The notes under the pieces are model-generated. The model saw nothing but the letters and a program-made list of their open reading frames with translations. It did no database searches and had not been told where the DNA came from. 64,000 nt of DNA from Eledone cirrhosa (taxonomy: Eukaryota): positions 10,912,001 through 10,976,000 of the forward strand of contig OZ024742.1 of NCBI GenBank assembly GCA_964016885.1, read 5' to 3'. Positions 41,701 through 55,251 of the stretch are shown piece after piece (positions within the stretch are counted from its first letter, which is position 1; every line of letters begins with the position of its first letter). Made by a program: the position numbers and the translations under genes.

Positions 41701-44700
41701 GTATGACAGTGCTACAGAGGAGTACTATCAGGTTGTAACAAGTTCTATTGGTATGACAGTGCTACAGAGGAGTACTATCAGGTTATAAAAAGTTCTATTG
41801 GTATGACAGTGCTACAGAGGAGTACTATCAGGTTGTAACAAGTTCTATTGGTATGACAGTTCTACAGATGAGTACTATCAGGTTGTAAGAGTTTCTGTTG
41901 GTATGACAGTGCTACAGAGGAGTACTATCAGGTTGTAACAAGTTCTATTGGTATGACAGTTCTACAGAGGAGTACTATCAGGTTGTAACATTTTCTATTG
42001 GTATGACCGTGCTACAGAGGAGTACTATCAGGTTGTAACAGGTTCTATTGGTATGACAGTGGTACAGAGGAGTACTATCAGGTTGTAACAGGTTCTATTG
42101 GTATGACAGTGCTACAGAGGAGTACTATCAGGTTGTAACAGTTTCTATTGGTATGACAGTGCTACAGAGGAGTACTATCAGGTTGTAACAGGTTCTATTG
42201 GTATGACAGTGCTACAGAGGTGTAGTATCAGGTTGTAACAGTTCTACAGAGGAGTACTATCAGGTTGTAACACTTTCTAATGGTATGACAGTGCTACAGA
42301 GGAGTACTAGCAGGTTGTAACAGTTTCTATTGGTATGACAGTGCTACAGAGGAGTACTATCAGGTTGTAACAGGTTCTATTGGTATGACAGTGCTACAGA
42401 TGAGTACTATCAGGTTGTAAAAGGTTCTATTGGTATGACAGTGGTACAGAGGAGTACTATCATGTTGTAACAGGTTCTATTGGTATGACAGTGCTACAGA
42501 GGAGTACTATCAGGTTGTAACAGGTTCTATTGGTATGACAGTGCTACAGAGGAGTACTATCAGGTTGTAAGAAGTTCTATTGATATGACAGTGCTACAGA
42601 GGAGTACTATCAGGTTGTAACAAATTCTATTGGTATGACAGTGCTACAGAGGAGTACTATCAGCTTGTAACAGGTTCTATTGATATGACAGTGCTACAGA
42701 GGAGTACTATCAGGTTGTAACAAGTTCTATTGGTATGACAGTGCTACAGAAGAGTACTATCAAGTTGTAACAGGTTCTATTGGTATGACAGTGCTACAGA
42801 GGAGTACTATCAGGTTGTAACAAGTTCTATTGATATGACAGTGTTACAGAGGAGTACTATCAGCTTGTAACAGGTTCTATTGGTATGACAGTCCTACAGA
42901 TGAGTACTATCAGGTTCTATTGGTATGACAGTGGTATAGAAGAGTACTATCAGGTTGTAACAGGTTCTATTGGTATGACAGTGCTACAGAGGAATACTAT
43001 CAGGTTATAACAGGTTCTATTGGTATGACAGTGCTACAGAGGAGTACTATCAGGTTGTAACAAGTTCTATTGATATGACAGTGCTACAGAGGAGTACTAT
43101 CAGGTTGTAACAGGTTCTATTGGTATGACAGTGCTACAGAGGAGTACTATCAGGTTGTAACAGGTTCTATTGGTATGACAGTTCTACAGAGGAGTACTAT
43201 CAGGTTGTAACAAGTTCTATTGGTATGACAGTGCTACAGAGGAGTACTATCAGGTTGTAACAGTTTCTATTGGTATGACAGTGCTACAGAGGAGTACTAT
43301 CAAGTTGTAACAGGTTCTATTGGTATGACAGTGCTACAGAGGAGTACTATCAGTTTGTAACTGTTTCTATTGGTATGACAGTGCTACAGAGGAGTACTAT
43401 CAGGTTGTAACAGGTTCTATTGGTATGACAGTGCTACAGAGGAGTACCATCAGGTTGTAACAAGTTCTATTGATATGACAGTGCTACAGAGGAGTACTAT
43501 CAGGTTGTAACAGGTTCTATTGGTATGACAGTGCTACAGAGGAGTACTATCAGGTTGTAACAGGTTCTATTGGTATGACAGTTCTACAGAGGAGTACTAT
43601 CAGGTTGTAACAAGTTCTATTGGTATGACAGTGCTACAGAGGAGTACTATCAGGTTGTAACAAGTTCTATTGGCATGACAGTGCTACAGAGGAGTACTAT
43701 CAGGTTGTAACAGTTTCTATTGGTATGACAGTGCTACAGAGGAGTACTATCAGGTTGTAACAGTTTCTATTGGTATGACAGTGCTACAGAGGAGTACTAT
43801 CAGATTGTAACAGTTTCTATTGGTATGACAGTGCTACAGAGGAGTACTATCAGGTTGTAACAGGTTCTATTGGTATGACAGTGCTACAGAGGAGTACCAT
43901 CAGGTTGTAACAAGTTCTATTGATATGACAGTGCTACAGAGGAGTACTATCAGGTTGTAACAGGTTCTATTGGTATGACAGTTCTACAGAGGAGTACTAT
44001 CAGGTTGTAACAGGTTCTATTGGTATGACAGTGCTACAGAGGAGTACTATCAGGTTGTAACAAGTTCTATTGGTATGACAGTGCTACAGAGGAGTACTAT
44101 CAGGTTGTAACAAGTTCTATTGGCATGACAGTGCTACAGAGGAGTACTATCAGGTTGTAACAGGTTCTATTGGTATGACAGTGCTACAGAGGAGTACTAT
44201 CAGGTTGTAACCGTTTCTATTGGTATGACAGTGCTACAGAGCAGTACTATCAGATTGTAACAGTTTCTATTGGTATGACAGTGCTACAGAGGAGTACTAT
44301 CAGGTTGTAACAGGTTCTATTGGTATGACAGTGCTACAGAGGAGTACTATCAGGTTGTAAAAAGTTCTATTGGTATGACAGAGCTACAGAGGAGTACTAT
44401 CAGGTTGTAACAAGTTATATTGGTATGACAGTTCTACAGAGGAGTACTATCAGATTGTAAGAGTTTCTGTTGGTATGACAGTGCTACAGAGGAGTACTAT
44501 CAGGTTGTAACAAGTTCTATTGGTATGACAGTGCTACAGAGGAGTACTATCAGGTTGTAACAGGTTCTATTGGTATGACAGTGCTACAGAGGAGTATTAT
44601 CAGGTTGTAACAAGTTCTATTGGTATGACAGTTCTACAGAGGAGTACTATCAGGTTGTAACAAGTTCTATTGGTATGACAGTTCTATAGAGGAGTACTAT

Positions 44701-47700
44701 GAGGTTGTAACAGTTTCTAATGGTATGACAGTGCTACAGAGGAGTACTATCAGGTTGTAACAGTTTATATTGGTATGACAGTGCTACACAGGAGTACTAT
44801 CAGGTTGTAACAGGTTCTATTGGTATGACAGTGCTACAGAGGAGTATTATCAGGTTGTAACAAGTTCTATTGGTATGACAGTTGTACAGAGGAGTACTAT
44901 CAGGTTGTAACAAGTTCTATTGGTATGACAGTTCTACAGAGGAGTACTATCAGGTTGTAACAGTTTCTAATGGTATGACAGTGCTACAGAGGAGTACTAT
45001 CAGGTTGTAACAGTTTCTATTGGTATGACAGTGCTACAGAGGAGTACTATCAGGTTGTAACAGGTTCTATTGGTATGACAGTGCTACAGATGAGTACTAT
45101 CAGTTTGTAACAAGTTCTATTGGTATGACAGTTCTACAGAGGAGTACTATCAGGTTGTAACAAGTTCTATTGGTATGACAGTTCTACAGAGGAGTACTAT
45201 CAGGTTGTAACAGTTTCTAATGGTATGACAGTGCTACAGAGGAGTACTATCAGGTTGTAACAGTTTCTATTGGTATGACAGTGCTACAGATGAGTACTAT
45301 CAGGTTGTAACAGGTTCTATTGGTATGACAGTGCTACAGAGGAGTACTATCAGGTTGTAACAAGTTCTATTGGTATGACAGTTCTAAAGAGGAGTACTAT
45401 CAGGTTGTAACAAGTTCTATTGGTATGACAGTTCTACAGAGGAGTACTATCAGGTTGTAACAGTTTCTATTGCTATGACAGTGCTACAGAGGAGTACTAT
45501 CAGGTTGTAACAAGTTCTATTGGTATAACAGTTCTACAGAGGAGTACTATCAGTTTGTAACAGTCTATTTGTATGACAGTGCTACAAAGGAGTACTATCT
45601 GGTTGTAACAGGTTCTATTGGCATGACAGTGCTACAGAGGAGTACTATCAGGTTGTAACAGTTTCTATTGATATGACAGTGCTACAGAGGAGTACTAGCA
45701 GGTTGTAACAGTTTCTATTGGTATGACAGTGCTACAGGGGAGTACTATCAGGTTGTAACAGGTTCTATTGGTATAACAGTGCTACAGAGGAGTACTATCA
45801 GGTTGTAACAATTTCTATTAGTATGACAGTGCTACAGAGGTGTACTATCAGGTTGTAACAGGTTCTATTGGTATGACAGTGCTACAGAGGAGTACTATCA
45901 GGTTGTAACAGGTTCTATTGGTATGACAGTGCTACAGAGGAGTACTATCAGGTTGTAACAAGTTCTATTGGTATGACAGTGCTACAGAGGAGTACTATCA
46001 GGTTGTAAAAAGTTCTATTGGTATGACAGAGCTACAGAGGAGTACTATCAGGTTGTAACAAGTTATATTGGTATGACAGTTCTACAGAGGAGTACTATCA
46101 GGTTGTAACAGTTTCTATTGGTATGACAGTGCTACAGAGGAGTACTATCAGGTTGTAACAGGTTCTATTGGTATGACAGTGCTACAGATGAGTACTATCA
46201 GTTTGTAACAAGTTCTATTGGTATGACAGTTCTACAGAGGAGTACTATCAGGTTGTAACAAGTTCTATTGGTATGACAGTTCTACAGAGGAGTACTATCA
46301 GGTTGTAACAGTTTCTAATGGTATGACAGTGCTACAGAGGAGTACTATCAGGTTGTAACAGTTTCTATTGGTATGACAGTGCTACAGAGGAGTACTATCA
46401 GGTTGTAACAGGTTCTATTGGTATGACAGTGCTACAGGGGAGTACTATCAGGTTGTAACAGGTTCTATTGGTATGACAGTGCTACAGAGGAGTACTATCA
46501 GGTTGTAACAAGTTCTATTGGTATGACAGTTCTAAAGAGGAGTACTATCAGGTTGTAACAAGTTCTATTGGTATGACAGTTCTACAGAGGAGTACTATCA
46601 GGTTGTAACAAGTTCTATTGGTATGACAGTTCTACAGAGGAGTACTATCAGGTTGTAACAATTTCTATTGGTATGACAGTGCTACAGAGGAGTACTATCA
46701 GGCTGTAACAAGTTCTATTGGTATGACAGTTCTACAGAGGAGTACTATCAGGTTGTAAGAGTTTCTGTTGGTATGACAGTGCTACAGCGGAGTACTATCA
46801 GGTTGTAACAAGTTCTATTGGTATGACAGTTCTACAGAGGAGTACTATCAGGTTGTAACAGTTTCTATTGGTATGACAGTGCTACAGAGGAGTACTATCA
46901 GGTTGTAACAGGTTCTATTGGTATGACAGTGGTACAGAGGAGTACTATCAGGTTGTAACAGGTTCTATTGGTATGACAGTGCTACAGAGGAGTACTATCA
47001 GGTTGTAACAGTTTCTATTGGTATGACAGTGCTACAGAGGAGTACTATCAGGTTGTAACAGGTTCTATTGGTATGACAGTGCTACAGAGGAGTACTATCA
47101 GGTTGTAACAGGTTCTATTGGTATGACAGTTCTACAGAGGAGTACTATCATGTTGTAACAGTTTCTAATGGTATGACAGTGCTACAGAGGAGTACTAGCA
47201 GGTTGTAACAGTTTCTATTGGTATGACAGTGCTACAGAGGAGTACTATCAGGTTGTAACAAGTTCTATTGGTATGACAGTTCTAAAGAGGAGTACTATCA
47301 GGTTGTAACAAGTTCTATTGGTATGACAGTTCTACAGAGGAGTACTATCAGGTTGTAACAAGTTCTATTGGTATGACAGTTCTACAGAGGAGTACTATCA
47401 GGTTGTAACAATTTCTATTAGTATGACAGTGCTACAGAGGGGTACTATCAGGTTGTTACAGGTTCTATTGGTATGACTGCTACAGAGGAGTACTATCAGG
47501 TTGTAACAGGTTCTATTGGTATGACAGTGCTACAGAGGAGTACTATCAGGTTGTAACAAGTTCTATTGGTATGACAGTGCTACAGAGGAGTACTATCAGG
47601 TTATAAAAAGTTCTATTGGTATGACAGTGCTACAGAGGAGTACTATCAGGTTGTAACAAGTTCTATTGGTATGACAGTTCTACAGATGAGTACTATCAGG

Positions 47701-50700
47701 TTGTAAGAGTTTCTGTTGGTATGACAGTGCTACAGAGGAGTACTATCAGGTTGTAACAAGTTCTATTGGTATGACAGTTCTACAGAGGAGTACTATCAGG
47801 TTGTAACATTTTCTATTGGTATGACCGTGCTACAGAGGAGTACTATCAGGTTGTAACAGGTTCTATTGGTATGACAGTGGTACAGAGGAGTACTATCAGG
47901 TTGTAACAGGTTCTATTGGTATGACAGTGCTACAGAGGAGTACTATCAGGTTGTAACAGTTTCTATTGGTATGACAGTGCTACAGAGGAGTACTATCAGG
48001 TTGTAACAGGTTCTATTGGTATGACAGTGCTACAGAGGTGTAGTATCAGGTTGTAACAGTTCTACAGAGGAGTACTATCAGGTTGTAACACTTTCTAATG
48101 GTATGACAGTGCTACAGAGGAGTACTAGCAGGTTGTAACAGTTTCTATTGGTATGACAGTGCTACAGAGGAGTACTATCAGGTTGTAACAGGTTCTATTG
48201 GTATGACAGTGCTACAGATGAGTACTATCAGGTTGTAAAAGGTTCTATTGGTATGACAGTGGTACAGAGGAGTACTATCATGTTGTAACAGGTTCTATTG
48301 GTATGACAGTGCTACAGAGGAGTACTATCAGGTTGTAACAGGTTCTATTGGTATGACAGTGCTACAGAGGAGTACTATCAGGTTGTAAGAAGTTCTATTG
48401 ATATGACAGTGCTACAGAGGAGTACTATCAGGTTGTAACAAATTCTATTGGTATGACAGTGCTACAGAGGAGTACTATCAGCTTGTAACAGGTTCTATTG
48501 ATATGACAGTGCTACAGAGGAGTACTATCAGGTTGTAACAAGTTCTATTGGTATGACAGTGCTACAGAAGAGTACTATCAAGTTGTAACAGGTTCTATTG
48601 GTATGACAGTGCTACAGAGGAGTACTATCAGGTTGTAACAAGTTCTATTGATATGACAGTGTTACAGAGGAGTACTATCAGCTTGTAACAGGTTCTATTG
48701 GTATGACAGTCCTACAGATGAGTACTATCAGGTTCTATTGGTATGACAGTGGTATAGAAGAGTACTATCAGGTTGTAACAGGTTCTATTGGTATGACAGT
48801 GCTACAGAGGAATACTATCAGGTTATAACAGGTTCTATTGGTATGACAGTGCTACAGAGGAGTACTATCAGGTTGTAACAAGTTCTATTGATATGACAGT
48901 GCTACAGAGGAGTACTATCAGGTTGTAACAGGTTCTATTGGTATGACAGTGCTACAGAGGAGTACTATCAGGTTGTAACAGGTTCTATTGGTATGACAGT
49001 TCTACAGAGGAGTACTATCAGGTTGTAACAAGTTCTATTGGTATGACAGTGCTACAGAGGAGTACTATCAGGTTGTAACAGTTTCTATTGGTATGACAGT
49101 GCTACAGAGGAGTACTATCAAGTTGTAACAGGTTCTATTGGTATGACAGTGCTACAGAGGAGTACTATCAGTTTGTAACTGTTTCTATTGGTATGACAGT
49201 GCTACAGAGGAGTACTATCAGGTTGTAACAGGTTCTATTGGTATGACAGTGCTACAGAGGAGTACCATCAGGTTGTAACAAGTTCTATTGATATGACAGT
49301 GCTACAGAGGAGTACTATCAGGTTGTAACAGGTTCTATTGGTATGACAGTGCTACAGAGGAGTACTATCAGGTTGTAACAGGTTCTATTGGTATGACAGT
49401 TCTACAGAGGAGTACTATCAGGTTGTAACAAGTTCTATTGGTATGACAGTGCTACAGAGGAGTACTATCAGGTTGTAACAAGTTCTATTGGCATGACAGT
49501 GCTACAGAGGAGTACTATCAGGTTGTAACAGTTTCTATTGGTATGACAGTGCTACAGAGGAGTACTATCAGGTTGTAACAGTTTCTATTGGTATGACAGT
49601 GCTACAGAGGAGTACTATCAGATTGTAACAGTTTCTATTGGTATGACAGTGCTACAGAGGAGTACTATCAGGTTGTAACAGGTTCTATTGGTATGACAGT
49701 GCTACAGAGGAGTACCATCAGGTTGTAACAAGTTCTATTGATATGACAGTGCTACAGAGGAGTACTATCAGGTTGTAACAGGTTCTATTGGTATGACAGT
49801 TCTACAGAGGAGTACTATCAGGTTGTAACAGGTTCTATTGGTATGACAGTGCTACAGAGGAGTACTATCAGGTTGTAACAAGTTCTATTGGTATGACAGT
49901 GCTACAGAGGAGTACTATCAGGTTGTAACAAGTTCTATTGGCATGACAGTGCTACAGAGGAGTACTATCAGGTTGTAACAGGTTCTATTGGTATGACAGT
50001 GCTACAGAGGAGTACTATCAGGTTGTAACCGTTTCTATTGGTATGACAGTGCTACAGAGGAGTACTATCAGATTGTAACAGTTTCTATTGGTATGACAGT
50101 GCTACAGAGGAGTACTATCAGGTTGTAACAGGTTCTATTGGTATGACAGTGCTACAGAGGAGTACTATCAGGTTGTAAAAAGTTCTATTGGTATGACAGA
50201 GCTACAGAGGAGTACTATCAGGTTGTAACAAGTTATATTGGTATGACAGTTCTACAGAGGAGTACTATCAGATTGTAAGAGTTTCTGTTGGTATGACAGT
50301 GCTACAGAGGAGTACTATCAGGTTGTAACAAGTTCTATTGGTATGACAGTGCTACAGAGGAGTACTATCAGGTTGTAACAGGTTCTATTGGTATGACAGT
50401 GCTACAGAGGAGTATTATCAGGTTGTAACAAGTTCTATTGGTATGACAGTTCTACAGAGGAGTACTATCAGGTTGTAACAAGTTCTATTGGTATGACAGT
50501 TCTATAGAGGAGTACTATGAGGTTGTAACAGTTTCTAATGGTATGACAGTGCTACAGAGGAGTACTATCAGGTTGTAACAGTTTATATTGGTATGACAGT
50601 GCTACAGAGGAGTACTATCAGGTTGTAACAGGTTCTATTGGTATGACAGTGCTACAGAGGAGTACTATCAGGTTGTAACAAGTTCTATTGGTATGACAGT

Positions 50701-53700
50701 TCTAAAGAGGAGTACTATCAGGTTGTAACAAGTTCTATTGGTATGACAGTTCTACAGAGGAGTACTATCAGGTTGTAACAAGTTCTATTGGTATGACAGT
50801 TCTACAGAGGAGTACTATCAGGTTGTAACAATTTCTATTAGTATGACAGTGCTACAGAGGGGTACTATCAGGTTGTTACAGGTTCTATTGGTATGACTGC
50901 TACAGAGGAGTACTATCAGGTTGTAACAGGTTCTATTGGTATGACAGTGCTACAGAGGTGTACTATCAGGTTGTAACAAGTTCTATTGGTATGACAGTGC
51001 TACAGAGGAGTACTCTCAGGTTATAAAAAGTTCTATTGGTATGACAGTGCTACAGAGGAGTACTATCAGGTTGTAACAAGTTCTATTGGTATGACAGTTC
51101 TACAGAGGAGTACTATCAGGTTGTAAGAGTTTCTGTTGGTATGACAGTGCTACAGCGGAGTACTATCAGGTTGTAACAAGTTCTATTGGTATGACAGTTC
51201 TACAGAGGAGTACTATCAGCTTGTAACAGTTTCTATTGGTATGACAGTGCTACAGAGGAGTACTATCAGGTTGTAACAGGTTCTATTGGTATGACAGTGG
51301 TACAGAGGAGTACTATCAGGTTGTAACAGGTTCTATTGGTATGACAGTGCTACAGAGGAGTACTATCAGGTTGTAACAGTTTCTATTGGTATGACAGTGC
51401 TACAGAGGAGTACTATCAGGTTGTAACAGGTTCTATTGGTATGACAGTGCTACAGAGGTGTACTATCAGTTTGTAACAGGTTCTATTGGTATGACAGTTC
51501 TACAGAGGAGTACTATCAGGTTGTAACAGTTTCTAATGGTATGACAGTGCTACAGAGGAGTACTAGCAGGTTGTAACAGTTTCTATTGGTATGACAGTGC
51601 TACAGAGGAGTACTATCAGGTTGTAACAAGTTCTATTGGTATGACTGTTCTAAAGAGGAGTACTATCAGGTTGTAACAAGTTCTATTGGTATGACAGTTC
51701 TACAGAGGAGTACTATCAGGTTGTAACAAGTTCTATTGGTATGACAGTTCTACAGAGGAGTACTATCAGGTTGTAACAATTTCTATTAGTATGACAGTGC
51801 TACAGAGGGGTACTATCAGGTTGTTACAGGTTCTATTGGTATGACTGCTACAGAGGAGTACTATCAGGTTGTAACAGGTTCTATTGGTATGACAGTGCTA
51901 CAGAGGAGTACTATCAGGTTATAAAAAGTTCTATTGGTATGACAGTGCTACAGAGGAGTACTATCAGGTTGTAACAAGTTCTATTGGTATGACAGTTCTA
52001 CAGATGAGTACTATCAGGTTGTAAGAGTTTCTGTTGGTATGACAGTGCTACAGAGGAGTACTATCAGGTTGTAACAAGTTCTATTGGTATGACAGTTCTA
52101 CAGAGGAGTACTATCAGGTTGTAACAGTTTCTATTGGTATGACAGTGATACAGAGGAGTACTATCAGGTTGTAACAGGTTCTATTGGTATGACAGTGGTA
52201 CAGAGGAGTACTATCAGGTTGTAACAGGTTCTATTGGTATGACAGTGCTACAGAGGAGTACTATCAGGTTGTAACAGTTTCTATTGGTATGACAGTGCTA
52301 CAGAGGAGTACTATCAGGTTGTAACAGGTTCTATTGGTATGACAGTGCTACAGAGGTGTAGTATCAGGTTGTAACAGTTCTACAGAGGAGTACTATCAGG
52401 TTGTAACACTTTCTAATGGTATGACAGTGCTACAGAGGAGTACTAGCTGGTTGTAACAGTTTCTATTGGTATGACAGTGCTACAGAGGAGTACTATCAGG
52501 TTGTAACAGGTTCTATTGGTATGACAGTGCTACAGATGAGTACTATCAGGTTGTAAAAGGTTCTATTGGTATGACAGTGGTACAGAGGAGTACTATCATG
52601 TTGTAACAGGTTCTATTGTTATGACAGTGCTACAGAGGAGTACTATCAGGTTGTAACAGGTTCTATTGGTATGACAGTGCTACAGAGGAGTACTATCAGG
52701 TTGTAACAAGTTCTATTGATATGACAGTGCTACAGAGGAGTACTATCAGGTTGTAACAAATTCTATTGGTATGACAGTGTTACAGAGGAGTACTATCAGC
52801 TTGTAACAGGTTCTATTGATATGACAGTGCTACAGAGGAGTACTATCAGGTTGTAACAAGTTCTATTGGTATGACAGTGCTACAGAGGAGTACTATCAAG
52901 TTGTAACAGGTTCTATTGGTATGACAGTGCTACAGAGGAGTACTATCAGGTTGTAACAAGTTCTATTGATATGACAGTGTTACAGAGGAGTACTATCAGC
53001 TTGTAACAGGTTCTATTGGTATGACAGTCCTACAGATGAGTACTATCAGGTTCTATTGGTATGACAGTGGTATAGAAGAGTATTATCAGGTTGTAACAGG
53101 TTCTATTGGTATGACAGTGCTACAGAGGAGTACTATCAGGTTGTAACAGGTTCTATTGGTATGACAGTGCTACAGAGGAGTACTATCAGGTTGTAACAAG
53201 TTCTATTGATATGACAGTGCTACAGAGGAGTACTATCAGGTTGTAACAGGTTCTATTGGTATGACAGTGCTACAGAGGAGTACTATCAGGTTGTAACAGG
53301 TTCTATTGGTATGACAGTTCTACAGAGAAGTACTATCAGGTTGTAACAAGTTCTATTGGTATGACAGTGCTACAGAGGAGTACTATCAGGTTGTAACAGT
53401 TTCTATTGGTATGACAGTGCTACAGAGGAGTACTATCAAGTTGTAACAGGTTCTATTGGTATGACAGTGCTACAGAGGAGTACTATCAGTTTGTAACTGT
53501 TTCTATTGGTATGACAGTGCTACAGAGGAGTACTATCAGGTTGTAACAGGTGCTATTGGTATGACAGTGCTACAGAGGAGTACCATCAGGTTGTAACAAG
53601 TTCTATTGATATGACAGTGCTACAGAGGTGTACTATCAGGTTGTAACAGGTTCTATTGGTATGACAGTGCTACAGAGGAGTACTATCAGGTTCTATTGGT

Positions 53701-54694
53701 ATGACAGTTCTACAGAGGAGTACTATCAGGTTGTAACAAGTTCTATTGGTATGACAGTGCTACAGAGGAGTACTATCAGGTTGTAACAAGTTCTATTGGC
53801 ATGACAGTGCTACAGAGGAGTACTATCAGGTTGTAACAGTTTCTATTGGTATGACAGTGCTACAGAGGAGTACTATCAGGTTGTAACAGTTTCTATTGGT
53901 ATGACAGTGCTACAGAGGAGTACTATCAGATTGTAACAGTTTCTATTGGTATGACAGTGCTACAGAGGAGTACTATCAGGTTGTAACAGGTTCTATTGGT
54001 ATGACAGTGCTACAGAGGAGTACCATCAGGTTGTAACAAGTTCTATTGATATGACAGTGCTACAGAGGAGTACTATCAGGTTGTAACAGGTTCTATTGGT
54101 ATGACAGTTCTACAGAGGAGTACTATCAGGTTGTAACAGGTTCTATTGGTATGACAGTGCTACAGAGGAGTACTATCAGGTTGTAACAAGTTCTATTGGT
54201 ATGACAGTGCTACAGAGGAGTACTATCAGGTTGTAACAAGTTCTATTGGCATGACAGTGCTACAGAGGAGTACTATCAGGTTGTAACAGGTTCTATTGGT
54301 ATGACAGTGCTACAGAGGAGTACTATCAGGTTGTAACAGTTTCTATTGGTATGACAGTGCTACAGAGGAGTACTATCAGATTGTAACAGTTTCTATTGGT
54401 ATGACAGTGCTACAGAGGAGTACTATCAGGTTGTAACAGGTTCTATTGGTATGACAGTGCTACAGAGGAGTACTATCTGTTATTATCAAGAGTGGTGTGC
54501 TCATGTGCAGAGATGATGTAAAATATCTTATAGTGTTAGGTTTATTGTGTTCAGGTGTGAGAACCTATATGAACAAACCCATGGTTAAATCTGATTACCG
54601 TGTAGTTATCGCATCATTTTTATATTTACAGACTTAAGTGCAGCTTTAAAAAAATGTATGTTTTCATATTTAGATTGATATGCATAGGTATACA

Positions 54695-54721
54695 TGTGTG
54701 TGTGTGTGGGGGGGGGGGGGG
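54695..54721. repeat. (TG)n microsatellite followed by a poly-G run
   Basis: tgtgtgtgtgtgtgggggggggggggg read directly. Confidence 0.85.
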
Positions 54722-54848
54722 ATATGTGGCCTACAGATTAGAGTGTTAGAGTCACAAACATGAGATTAAGTTGAATCACTAGACCAGGTAGAGTGTTGAG
54801 TCCTTGAGCAAGGCAGTATTTCAATTTGCTCCAGTTCACTCAGTTGCC
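54722..54848 (+). mobile_element. Degenerate tRNA-derived SINE with CORE-like domain (octopus-type)
   Basis: A-box-like TGGCCTACAGATTAG (~54727) and B-box-like GTTGAATCA (~54770), followed by GTCCTTGAGCAAGGCA...TTGCTCCAGTTCACTCAG. This resembles the CORE-SINE motif (CCTTGRGCAAG) as I recall it from cephalopod SINEs; not confirmed by a search. Confidence 0.6.
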
Positions 54849-55113
54849 ACATCACTGGTGGTTAGCTATATTGTCCTTGCCTTTATCTAAGCTTGTCTTC
54901 AGATGGGAACTTTCTAAGTGCAACACATGGAAAGAGATAACAGCAAAATGTATATATTCTATCTCAGCAATCTTTGGAGTTTTTTCTGCTTTCTCGGATC
55001 ACCTTACGTTTTAACCTCTCACATTACACTATGAGATAACCACCCACTACAGATTTCACCATTAAATATATTATATACGTATATATGTGTATGTTTGTGT
55101 ATATATATATATA

Positions 55114-55142
55114 CTAGACCACCCATGACCCGTTGGGTCACG
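55114..55142 (-). other. Helitron 3' terminal signal (hairpin + CTAG), copy 1
   Basis: Plus strand A|CTAGACCACCCATGACCCGTTGGGTCACG has a stem at 55126-55131/55135-55140 and a 3-nt loop. This matches the canonical Helitron subterminal palindrome followed by CTRR. Confidence 0.85.
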
Positions 55143-55251
55143 TTCACTTGAAAATATTTTTTTAAAAATCATGTTCACTTAAAAATAATTTTTAAATAAT
55201 TAAAATATACACAGACATGTATATAAGGTGAAATGAAACTGGAAGGCCCAT

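Larger units (their letters stand above)
1..54477 (+). repeat. 50-bp tandem satellite DNA array (~1090 monomers, runs off the left edge of the window)
   Basis: Continuous head-to-tail copies of CTACAGAGGAGTACTATCAGGTTGTAACAGGTTCTATTGGTATGACAGTG, mostly 0-3 differences per monomer. Monomer positions 30-31 (GG/AG/GT/AT) and 50 (G/T) are the most variable. The consensus is 42% GC with no CpG. The last monomer ends ...GAGTACTATC at 54477. The ORF track lists no ORF in the array. Confidence 0.99.

Noticed and set aside
1-54477. CRISPR array or repeat-spacer system
   Set aside because: There are no unique spacers, as the whole 50 bp repeats with only SNP-level variation. No cas genes are present and the context is eukaryotic.
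1-54477. Repetitive protein-coding gene
   Set aside because: The 50-bp period shifts frame each unit, and TAA/TGA (plus) and TAG/TGA (minus) close every frame within 150 bp. The track lists no ORFs here.
1-54477. Information-bearing code in the variable positions 30-31 and 50
   Set aside because: The order of variants is explained by block duplications, and nothing in the sequence supports a function.
54722-54790. tRNA gene
   Set aside because: Only degenerate A/B-box remnants are present with no cloverleaf, and it continues into a SINE body.
55124-55142. Rho-independent terminator
   Set aside because: The context is eukaryotic, and the hairpin's position 8 nt from CTAG identifies it as a Helitron end.
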